This document shows, in pieces, positions 16,725-25,161 of a DNA stretch of 64,000 bases. Location of the stretch: assembly GCA_964645835.1 (NCBI GenBank), contig CAZYDG010000072.1, positions 6,582 to 70,581 of the forward strand, given 5' to 3'. The position numbers and the translations under genes are program-made. Under the pieces are notes generated by a model that had not been told where the DNA came from, ran no database searches, and saw nothing but the letters and a program-made list of their open reading frames with translations. The first letter of the stretch is position 1; each line of letters begins with the position of its first letter. The DNA is from an uncultured Syntrophaceae bacterium (lineage in GTDB: Bacteria > Desulfobacterota > Syntrophia > Syntrophales > UBA8958).

Positions 16725-17889
16725 ATTTTATGGAACAACGGTAGCAGATATTTTCAATACGATGCCTGTCCGTTTCAAGCCTGAGGAGGCGAAAAACGAG
16801 GATATCGTTATCGGATACGACTGCAAGGGTGAAGGCAAGTGGCGGGTGCACATCAAGAATGGGACCATCAATGTGGAAACCGTAACGGGGGAACTTACGG
16901 ACTGCAAGACAATTGTCGTTGCTGATGGTCCGGAAACCTTCATCGGGGTGACACTGCAGAAAATTGCGCCTTTGGACGCCTTGTCATCCGGCAAGCTCCG
17001 TGTCGTGGGCGACCCGAAGCTGCTCATGACGCTATTACCGAAGGTTTTCAATCAGTACACGGTGCCGAAAAAGGAAGACAAAAAAGAGATACTGGCGCGG
17101 GACATCCTTTCCGGTCTTGCGCACAGATTCCGCCCGGAGAACGCCGAAGGCGTCGACATGAAGATCGGTTATGACCTCACGGGAGCAGATGGAGGTCAGT
17201 GGACGATCACAATTAAAGATAAGAATTGCAGCGTAACGGAGGGAGCCTTTCCTCCGGACCTGACGGTAAAAATGATTATGGAGGCTGCAACTTATGTCGG
17301 GATGATGATGGGGAAGATTGACGGCACTTCCGCATTCATGTCGGGGAAGGTGAAGATAGAAGGCGATATGGGCGCTGCCGGTGCGACGACAAAATTATTC
17401 AGCAAATATGTCGATCCCAACGCGGCGGAAACAGAAGAGCTCCTTTCGCTGAAAGTCGTCAATTCCATCAGTCAGCGTTTTGCGACCGGTCCGGTCATGG
17501 GAAAATGGTTTGCAGGACTGCGAGAGAAGAAGTTCTTTGCCAACAAGTGTCCCAAGTGCGGCAGAACCCAGCTTCCTCCCCAGGAGATCTGCGCCGTCTG
17601 TCGCGTTCGTGTAGATGACTTTGTAGAAGTGGGACCGGAAGCCACCGTGACGGACTACGATATCGTTTACTTTGCCAGCCCTGATCCTCTGACGGGTACA
17701 GTCCGCGATACACCTTATGTAACCCTGTACTTTGTTATGGACGGTGCGACGGAAGCGGAGGCGATGTCCCATGATCTGAAAAAGGAAGAGCTGCCCCGGA
17801 TCAAGCTCGGTTCTCGCGTCCGTCCGGTCTGGGCGGAGCAAACGACGGGAAGCTTCAAGGATATCAGCTATTTTGAACTGGTCGACTAA
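16717..17889 (+). CDS. SCP2-SCP2-DUF35 (Zn-ribbon + OB-fold) fusion protein
   Basis: Two SCP2 sterol-carrier-like repeats are present (..SGKLRVVGDPKLLMTL.. and ..SGKVKIEGDMGAAGATTKLF). They are followed by CPKCGRTQLPPQEICAVCRV and an OB-fold-like tail, as in DUF35 proteins. The start overlaps the upstream stop by 8 nt. Confidence 0.7.
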   Translation: MAEFYGTTVADIFNTMPVRFKPEEAKNEDIVIGYDCKGEGKWRVHIKNGTINVETVTGELTDCKTIVVADGPETFIGVTLQKIAPLDALSSGKLRVVGDPKLLMTLLPKVFNQYTVPKKEDKKEILARDILSGLAHRFRPENAEGVDMKIGYDLTGADGGQWTITIKDKNCSVTEGAFPPDLTVKMIMEAATYVGMMMGKIDGTSAFMSGKVKIEGDMGAAGATTKLFSKYVDPNAAETEELLSLKVVNSISQRFATGPVMGKWFAGLREKKFFANKCPKCGRTQLPPQEICAVCRVRVDDFVEVGPEATVTDYDIVYFASPDPLTGTVRDTPYVTLYFVMDGATEAEAMSHDLKKEELPRIKLGSRVRPVWAEQTTGSFKDISYFELVD

Positions 17890-17904
17890 ACAAGGAGAAG
17901 GAAT

Positions 17905-18375
17905 ATGACTTGTGCAAATAAAGAAGTGGATAAAACGGACTGCTTCGTTCTGGAAGGAAAGATGGCATTGCCCAACACATATTTTGTGGGCAAACTCGGA
18001 TCGAAATGGATCATCTCCATGCGGGACGGCAAGAAGATTCGAGGTGTCAAATGCAAGAAGTGCGATAAGGTCTTCGTTCCGCCACGGGAATATTGCGAGA
18101 AATGCTGGTCGAAAATTGACGAGAACTGGGTGGATCTGAAGAACGAAGGCGAGTTGGTCAACTTCACCGTTGTGCGTTACTTCGATAAGCACCTCCCGAA
18201 GAAGCCGCCTTACGTTCTGGGTCAAATCAAGCTGAACGGGGCCGACACGCCGTTGACTCATATCGTCACCGGCATCGATCCCAGGGATGTTCGGGTGGGC
18301 ATGCGGGTAAAGGCCGTTTTTGCTGACGAACCGGTCAATACCCTGATGCAGATAGACCGTTTTGAACCAGTCTGA
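17905..18375 (+). CDS. DUF35 OB-fold/zinc-ribbon protein (thiolase-partner type, BbsA/ChsH2-C-terminal-like)
   Basis: KCKKCDKVFVPPREYCEKCWS is followed by GELVNFTVV...GMRVKAVF. Confidence 0.75.
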   Translation: MTCANKEVDKTDCFVLEGKMALPNTYFVGKLGSKWIISMRDGKKIRGVKCKKCDKVFVPPREYCEKCWSKIDENWVDLKNEGELVNFTVVRYFDKHLPKKPPYVLGQIKLNGADTPLTHIVTGIDPRDVRVGMRVKAVFADEPVNTLMQIDRFEPV

Positions 18376-18456
18376 TCCTCTAATCGACAGGCAAGGTCAC
18401 CGGCGACAAACAACGGCACGGCAAACCATGCCGGCACTGCAAAAAAGGAGCATGAT

Positions 18457-19605
18457 ATGGATTTTTCGTTTTCTGATGAGCAAAGGATGTTCAAAGAGAC
18501 GGTCTATCGCTTCGCTAAAGAAGAGCTTGCTCCTCTGTGCGAAGAAGCGGAGCTCAAGGGCGAGTTCAATTTTGAGCTCTGGAAGAAAATGGGTAATATG
18601 GGCCTGCTGGGTCTTCCGGTGCCGGAGAAGTATGGCGGTCAGGGGGCGGATTTTGTGACCTGCTGCCTGGCGGGAGAAGCCGTCGGCCATGCCGGAGTCG
18701 ATGGCGGGCATACCCTTGCCTGGGGTGCACACACATACCTCTGTGCCGCAAACATCATGGAACATGGGACGGAAGAACATAAACGGAAATATCTTCCCAA
18801 ATTGGCCACTGGGGAATGGATCGGCTGTATGGGGCTTACCGAGCCGGGCTGCGGCTCCGATGCCGGTGCCTTGCAGACGACGGCCGTGAAAAGAGGGGAT
18901 AAATACATCCTCAACGGTTCTAAAACCTTCATCACAAACGCCCCTCTGGCCGATGTTTTCGTGATCTTTGCCACCATCGACAAGGGAAGCAAGCACAAAG
19001 GGATTACGACATTCATCGTCGAAAAAGATTTTCCCGGCATTGCGACGGGTAAACCCATGCATAAGATGGGATCAAAATGCTCCATGACCTCCGAAGTTTA
19101 TATGGAAGACTGCGAAGTCCCCATGGAGAATTGCCTGGGTGGTGAAGGAAATGGCTGGAATATCGCTTTGGGCGGTGTGGAGTGGGACAGAAGCACTCTC
19201 CTTTCTCCCTTCATCGGTTCAATTATGTTCGTTTATGAAAACTGCGCCCGATATGCCAATGAGCGACGGGCTTTCGGAAAGGCAATCGGAGAATTCCAGT
19301 CCATCCAAAACCGCATTGCCGATATGAAGGTTTTTCTCGAAGTAGGAAAATTGGCCGTCTACCGGGTCGCCGCCTCCAAGGATAACGGTATGTTCCTTAA
19401 TCCGCTGCTTGCCGCAGTTAATAAGATGTATGTCGGCGACAAGGGCTTCGAGATGTGCTCAGCCGGCGTGGACCTCTTCGGCGGTTATGGGTACATCCAT
19501 GAATATCCCGTGGAACGTACGATGCGGGATGCAAAACTGGGCCAGTTGGGCGGCGGAACTTCGGACATCATGAGAATGATCGTGTCCCGCTTCATGTTGA
19601 TGTAA
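18457..19605 (+). CDS. acyl-CoA dehydrogenase
   Basis: Motifs are LTEPGCGSDAGAL, GSKTFITNAP and GGYGYIHEYPVERTMRDAKLGQLGGGTSDI. Confidence 0.9.
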   Translation: MDFSFSDEQRMFKETVYRFAKEELAPLCEEAELKGEFNFELWKKMGNMGLLGLPVPEKYGGQGADFVTCCLAGEAVGHAGVDGGHTLAWGAHTYLCAANIMEHGTEEHKRKYLPKLATGEWIGCMGLTEPGCGSDAGALQTTAVKRGDKYILNGSKTFITNAPLADVFVIFATIDKGSKHKGITTFIVEKDFPGIATGKPMHKMGSKCSMTSEVYMEDCEVPMENCLGGEGNGWNIALGGVEWDRSTLLSPFIGSIMFVYENCARYANERRAFGKAIGEFQSIQNRIADMKVFLEVGKLAVYRVAASKDNGMFLNPLLAAVNKMYVGDKGFEMCSAGVDLFGGYGYIHEYPVERTMRDAKLGQLGGGTSDIMRMIVSRFMLM

Positions 19606-19616
19606 GGAGAAAAGCC

Positions 19617-20774
19617 ATGATGAATTATGAATTGACGGATGCACAGAAAATAATTCAATCGGGAATCGCTAAATTCTGCAGAGAGGAGCTGGCCGGGAAT
19701 GCCGCGGACCTGGATGGTGGTACAAAAGAAGAAGTCCGGTCCCGGCTCCGTGATAATTTGAAAAAGCTCGCCAACGCGGGTTATCTGGATCTCCTTCTTG
19801 GAGACGACATCGTCATGCAATGCGTCGCTGGCGAAGAAGTTGCCAAAGCCTGTCCTGCGACATTCCTTTGTGCCATGTCCTCACTGACATCATTCGGGGT
19901 TCCTGTTAAGCTGTTCGGCACGACGGCACAGAAAAGCAGGTATCTGGATGCTCTGCGGAATGGAGAGCTTGTCGGCTGCCTTGGCTGTACGGAAGCCGAT
20001 GGGGGATGCGATCTGGGGGGATTGCAAACCCATGCGGAAATGAAGGGCGGCCGGTGGGTGATTACCGGGGTGAAAAATTTTGTAACGAACGCACCTCTGG
20101 CCGACGCCTTTCTCATCCTGGCCTGGACGGATCAATCTATCGGTTTGGAGAAGGGGCTATCGATGTTCCTTATCGATAAAGGGACGCCGGGACTCACGGT
20201 AGGGCAGCCGCTCGAAACCATGGGGTTGCGAGGCGCCTTGGCTTCCGAGGTTTCCCTGCAGCGGTGCGAGGTAGGAAATGAGGCCCTTCTAGGTGGTGAA
20301 GGCTCCGGCTATGCACAGTTGAACAGGACGATGGATTTGATCAAGCTTGCCGTATCATCCATGTCCATAGGCATTGGCGTATGCTGCATGGAAATCTCGA
20401 CGGCTTACGGCAAAACCCGGAAGGCATTCGGGAAACCGATAGGTGTGTTCGAGGGTGTTGGTGCGAAACTGGCTGTTATGTTCACCTTGAACGATCTTGG
20501 CCGGATGATGACCCATCGCGCCGCCTGGGGCATAGAGCAGGGACAGGCCGATTGCAGCGTTCTTTCTTCCTGCGCGAAGCTCTTTACCAGTGAATCGGTA
20601 AATCAGATCGCCGACCTTGCCATGCAGATCCATGGGGGGCATGGCTACATCAAAGGAATGGACGTTGAACGGCTTTATCGTGACGCCCGGTTTGCCGTCA
20701 TAGCTCATGGTACGTCGGAAATGCAGCGCACTTTCATTGCCAGAGATAGTTTAAATAAATTCAAACCTCTGTAG
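19617..20774 (+). CDS. acyl-CoA dehydrogenase family protein, divergent nucleotide-binding motifs
   Basis: The ACAD fold is present (GVKNFVTNAPLADAF; GGHGYIKGMDVERLYRDARFAVIAHGTSEMQ). The usual TEP.AGSD motif reads TEADGGCD. Confidence 0.8.
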   Translation: MMNYELTDAQKIIQSGIAKFCREELAGNAADLDGGTKEEVRSRLRDNLKKLANAGYLDLLLGDDIVMQCVAGEEVAKACPATFLCAMSSLTSFGVPVKLFGTTAQKSRYLDALRNGELVGCLGCTEADGGCDLGGLQTHAEMKGGRWVITGVKNFVTNAPLADAFLILAWTDQSIGLEKGLSMFLIDKGTPGLTVGQPLETMGLRGALASEVSLQRCEVGNEALLGGEGSGYAQLNRTMDLIKLAVSSMSIGIGVCCMEISTAYGKTRKAFGKPIGVFEGVGAKLAVMFTLNDLGRMMTHRAAWGIEQGQADCSVLSSCAKLFTSESVNQIADLAMQIHGGHGYIKGMDVERLYRDARFAVIAHGTSEMQRTFIARDSLNKFKPL

Positions 20775-20828
20775 CAGATGTGTCCCCCTCTGGAGGGGAG
20801 ACTGTGTCGCAATTAGAATATTGATGAA

Positions 20829-20950
20829 CTCGTAAAAAAGTCGTCACACCGGTGAAAACCAGTGTCCAGTGCTTGTGTACCGAATTGTAATCTCTGGATT
20901 CCGGTTTTCACCGGAATGACGATTCTTGAACATTTTTGACTTTTTACGAG
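20829..20950. repeat. second MITE-like element (single copy in window)
   Basis: The 14-bp terminal inverted repeats CTCGTAAAAAAGTC and GACTTTTTACGAG enclose the internal inverted segments CACCGGTGAAAACC and GGTTTTCACCGG. Confidence 0.55.
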
Positions 20951-21107
20951 ACCACCAAATATTTGCTACATTCGACTTGCTGTACTCCAGACCTTTAGGT
21001 CTGCAGTTTTGATTTAATGTAGCCAATATTATAAGGTATTTGCAGGACTGAAGTCCTGCGCTACATTCAAATCGATTAGAGAAACCATGTTAAAGGAGGA
21101 AATTGCT

Positions 21108-21548
21108 ATGTCAGGCACTAAATTACAACTCGGCTATACTTATGATCAACTGGAAATCGGCATGTCAGCTTCATTTACCAAGACCATTACGGAAACGGAT
21201 GTCTATTTGTTTGCCGGTATTTCCGGTGACTTCAATCCCATGCATATGAATGAATAATTTGCAAAGTTGACACCTTTCAAAACACGTATCGCCCATGGCG
21301 CACTGGCCCAAAGTTTGATCGCACCCGTTCTCGGGATGAAGCTTCCCGGTTTGGGAACCGTTGCTCTCGAAATCCTATGCCGTTTTAAGGCCCCTACTTA
21401 CTTTGGCGATACGATTACCGCTACGGGAACCATTGAAGAAAAATTACCGGATAAGAGGTGGGTCCGCATGAAGCTTCTCTGGACAAACCAGCGGCAGGAG
21501 GTCGTAGCCAGCGGTTACGTTCTTGTCATACCGCCGCCGGCCATATAA
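21108..21548 (+). pseudogene. MaoC-like (R)-specific enoyl-CoA hydratase/dehydratase interrupted by an in-frame TAA
   Basis: AAAGGAGGA lies upstream of ATG 21108. The product reads MSGTKLQLGYTYDQLEIGMSASFTKTITETDVYLFAGISGDFNPMHMNE-TAA(21255-21257)-FAKLTPFKTRIAHGAL.... The stop sits where the family has DEEFAK, so GAA to TAA would explain it. Confidence 0.75.
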
Positions 21549-22105
21549 AAATGGGGTCCAGGGGCTATTTACAAACCATTCAGGGTGTCAGAGCCTCGCC
21601 AGACATGATGGCTGGTGATAATGTCGTCACGTTTATTGAAAAAAACACTGCTATTTTGGCGGGTCTCGTTGTAGATGGACTGATGAATTATCGATTCTAT
21701 GCTGCTGATGTAAGTTGCCCTTCTAAATGATTGAGCCTTTTCTGTTTTACAGATCTCCATTAGGATAAACGCTTATAGCAAAAATCAGACATCGCCGCAT
21801 TGCTTATTATTTGAAGCACCTCTATTCTATACTATCAATAGTCCATTATAAGTTTGCATGTAAGTATATGATATCTCTCTGAGCCAACGCCTTGGAGGAC
21901 TTCCATGACCAACCTCACGAAAATGTTTCCGTCAAACGTCTCCACAAACTCTCCGTCAATATCCAAACGAAATGAATATGGAAGATATTGTAAATGAAGC
22001 CCGTATCTGGCTCTATCAACCGCCATGCCAGTGGAGAACATATGCATTTCCTTAACCGGACATTATTGAATGACCATCAACAAACATTAAAAGGGGGTTA
22101 TTTTT

Positions 22106-22954
22106 ATGAAACGAATTTTCATCTCTATTCTCGTCTTAACTTTTCTTTTCTCCGGAGCAAGTTTTCAGTCATTTAAAAATTTATCCTTGCATGATTCGTG
22201 TTTAGCGTTAGGACTTAAACCAATCTATCCCACTGATTCAGTGGAGAAAAAGAATAGCAAAATTGCAGACAATTATAAATATTTGAGCAGCTCCTACTGG
22301 AACTCCCCTGAATTTGAAAATTTGCGGAGTAAATCATTAGCCGCGCAAATTACGTTTTTACGTGAATATCTGGGATATCAGCAAAAAGGAAACAGTATTC
22401 CTCCATCTAATGGGGTGACATGTTTAACAAAATACCCTACTGTTTTTATTCATGGAATTGGTTGGAGCCCGGACATGTTTCCTGACTACTGGTATCATAT
22501 CGATCAGGCGATTAAATCCTGTAACGGCGGCGGTGGCTTATGTCCTGATCCAAAGGCGCAAAAATGGACGCAATACACGACCCAGCCTGCATGGGGTGTA
22601 TACTATGATGAAGTCGACAAGCAATTTTCCTGGTTGGATTATATAGAAAATCAAGTTAACACTTGGTGGGCAATGACCGAATGGAAGGATGTGCAAAAAA
22701 TCAATCTGGTTGGCCACTCAATGGGAGGTCCGACCTGTCGATTGCTTGCCGCAGCCGCTACATTTAAAACACCATTCGGTGTAATGGATGGAAAAAATGC
22801 AATCGCAAGTATTACTACTATCAGCGGAGTTCATGACGGAAGCCCTGTAGCCGATTTGGTGTCTCTTTGGCCCTCCATTATATTAGATCCACTCTCGGAT
22901 ATAATAAATATGATTTCATTAGTGTCCGGGATACGGACTATTAATTCTTTGTAA
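22106..22954 (+). pseudogene. secreted triacylglycerol-lipase-family gene, 3'-truncated by IS insertion
   Basis: The signal peptide is MKRIFISILVLTFLFSGASF and the nucleophile elbow is GHSMGGPTCRLLAAAA. The alignable sequence ends about 65 residues after the Ser, before where family I lipases carry the catalytic Asp and His. The last 12 codons are read from the IS terminal repeat. Confidence 0.7.
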
Positions 22955-24243
22955 CCATTTATAATAGTGTAATAAATATGCCATATTCATGTGTACTCGA
23001 CTTGAAATTTTACCGATTATGGGGGCATCTTCCCGAAGCGATTCAGGAGGAGAGTTCCCATGTATACAGGCAAAATCATATTTTCTCAGGTCATGGACCT
23101 TATGCCCATACGAACCTTTCGGCGGTGCGTGGAGCGTTATCAAGGCGACTTCAAGGTCAAAACTTTTACATGTCTCGATCAATATCTATGCATGGCATTC
23201 GCTCAAATCACTTATCGGGAAAGCCTTCGGGACATCGAATCATGCCTTCGTTCACAGAACAAGAAACTTTATCACATGGGCATACGCGGAAAGGTTTCTC
23301 GATCAACCATCGCAGATGCCAACGAACAGAGGGACTGGCATATCTATGCCGACCTTGCCCATGCACTGATTACCAAAGCCCGCAGGTTATACAGCAACGA
23401 TCTTTTCGCCATAGAACTGGAACAAACGGTTTACGCACTCGATGCAACAACCATCGATCTGTGTCTGTCTATGTTTCCATGGGCCAATTTCCGTCAAACC
23501 AAAAGTGCAATCAAACTCCATACACTTTTGGATCTCCGTGGAAGCATTCCTACGTTTATCCATATCTCCTATGGCAAACTTCACGAAGTCAACAGTCTCG
23601 ACTTCATTCCTCTGGAACCCGGCGCTTTCTATGTCATGGATCGAGGCTATCTGGATTTTGCCAGATTGTACAACCTCTTTCAGGCTTCCGTCTTCTTTCT
23701 TATTCGGGCCAAATCCAACCTGAAGTGCCGCAGAATCTATTCCCATCAGGTAGACAGATCGACCGGCCTAATCTGCGATCAGTCAGTTATGTTGACCGGG
23801 TTTTATCAACGCAAAAGCTATCCAAGTATGCTTCGACGTATCAAATATTACGATTCCGAGACCGACAGGACCTTCGTGTTCCTAACCAACAATTTCTCTC
23901 TGCCGGCTCTGACGATAGCCCAATTGTACCGCTGCCGCTGGCAGGTGGAGCTGTTTTTCAAATGGATCAAGCAAAATCTGCGAATCAAGTGTTTCTACGG
24001 CACTTCGGAGAATGCCGTGAAAACGCAAATCTGGATAGCAATTTCTGTCTATGTTTTGGTCGCTATCCTGAAAAAAGAGCTCAATCTACCGATGAGTCTC
24101 TACACAATTTTACAGGTCCTGAGCGTTTCGGTATTCGAAAGAACGTCACTTATTCAACTATTTACAAACTACCCTTACAAGCATGAAAATACTACATTTT
24201 ATAACCAGCTAGATTTATTTGATGAAACGTCCGGACACTAATG
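22917..24243 (+). mobile_element. IS4-family insertion sequence (1327 bp)
   Basis: The perfect 13-bp terminal inverted repeats are CATTAGTGTCCGG (22917-22929) and CCGGACACTAATG (24231-24243). They bracket a single DDE transposase gene. No flanking direct repeat is evident. Confidence 0.85.
23060..24241 (+). CDS. IS4-family DDE transposase
   Basis: The 393-aa product has an N-terminus MYTGKIIFSQVMDLMP..RCVERYQGD (DUF4372-like). It also carries ALDATTIDL, YVMDRGYLDF and the YRCRWQVELFFKWIKQNLRIK signature. The stop lies inside the right inverted repeat. Confidence 0.9.
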   Translation: MYTGKIIFSQVMDLMPIRTFRRCVERYQGDFKVKTFTCLDQYLCMAFAQITYRESLRDIESCLRSQNKKLYHMGIRGKVSRSTIADANEQRDWHIYADLAHALITKARRLYSNDLFAIELEQTVYALDATTIDLCLSMFPWANFRQTKSAIKLHTLLDLRGSIPTFIHISYGKLHEVNSLDFIPLEPGAFYVMDRGYLDFARLYNLFQASVFFLIRAKSNLKCRRIYSHQVDRSTGLICDQSVMLTGFYQRKSYPSMLRRIKYYDSETDRTFVFLTNNFSLPALTIAQLYRCRWQVELFFKWIKQNLRIKCFYGTSENAVKTQIWIAISVYVLVAILKKELNLPMSLYTILQVLSVSVFERTSLIQLFTNYPYKHENTTFYNQLDLFDETSGH

Positions 24244-24300
24244 TATGCAAATATTAAACAAGATCATGTCTTCATCAATGGATTAAAGCGCAAGGGGAAT

Positions 24301-24981
24301 ATGCTTATGTCTATTGCCAAGGAAGTAAAATACTTATTATTAACCACTATTCTTCCGCCAATTATCTTTTACTTTTTAAATCTCTACACCAAGACTCTCC
24401 ACGTAAAATTTGAAGGAACAGAGAAGGTTCAAAAGCATCTGGAGAACGGAGGGCGGATTATCATTTCCAGTTGGCATCAACGGTTTTTTGGCGGCTTTTT
24501 CCTTCCACAAATATTTAAATGGTCGCCCTGCATCATAATCAGCCAAAGCCGAGACGGGGATTTCATTTCCAAGGTCGTTCAGCACATCGGATGGATTCCA
24601 GTAAGAGGATCGAGCACCCGAGGAGGCAAGGAAGCTCTTCAAGTGATGGTTCAGGGTGTCGGTGAGAATCAAATTGGCGGCCATATTGTAGATGGCCCTA
24701 CCGGCCCCCCCTGGGTCATTAAACCAGGCCTCATCTCATTGGCTCGGAAAACCGACGCTGTTATCTGCCCCGGTATTGTTTCATATGAAAATGCTTTTAT
24801 TATGAATAGCTGGGATCGTTTCATGATTCCCAAACCCTTCAGTAAGGTTCTTTTTCGATTTGGCTCAATCTTTTCCGTCCCCGAAATAATGAGTGATGAC
24901 AAGTTTGAATCATTACGCAGGGAGTTGGAAGACGACATGGTCGAAGAGTATAAGACGGCAGACAACTACTGGATAAAATGA
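24301..24981 (+). CDS. DUF374-family (lysophospholipid acyltransferase-like) protein
   Basis: An N-terminal TM segment is followed by IISQSRDGDFISKVVQHIGWIPVRGSSTRGGKEAL. AAGGGG lies upstream of ATG 24301. Confidence 0.7.
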   Translation: MLMSIAKEVKYLLLTTILPPIIFYFLNLYTKTLHVKFEGTEKVQKHLENGGRIIISSWHQRFFGGFFLPQIFKWSPCIIISQSRDGDFISKVVQHIGWIPVRGSSTRGGKEALQVMVQGVGENQIGGHIVDGPTGPPWVIKPGLISLARKTDAVICPGIVSYENAFIMNSWDRFMIPKPFSKVLFRFGSIFSVPEIMSDDKFESLRRELEDDMVEEYKTADNYWIK

Positions 24982-25161
24982 CCGAGAATCATACATATGT
25001 AAATATTCTTGTAAGACAAAGTGCGCAATGGCACGTGAATTCATGTCATGATGAATCCATTGACATGTATGTCCGCTTCTCCTATAATCCTTTAAGCAAA
25101 TAAACCCACAAAAAGACCCGGCACCAGCACCCACTATACTGGATGGAAATGAGGATATAAT

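Noticed and set aside
21569-22047. Two small minus-strand ORFs (63 and 70 aa) considered as a toxin-antitoxin pair
   Set aside because: They have a 75-nt gap, no RBS and no motif I recognise. They lie in AT-rich DNA, where chance ORFs are frequent.
22978-24186. 402-aa ORF overlapping the transposase in another frame
   Set aside because: The sequence is Ser/Arg/Gln-rich and low in complexity. The 23060..24241 frame carries the IS4 DDE and YRCRWQVELFFKWIK signatures.
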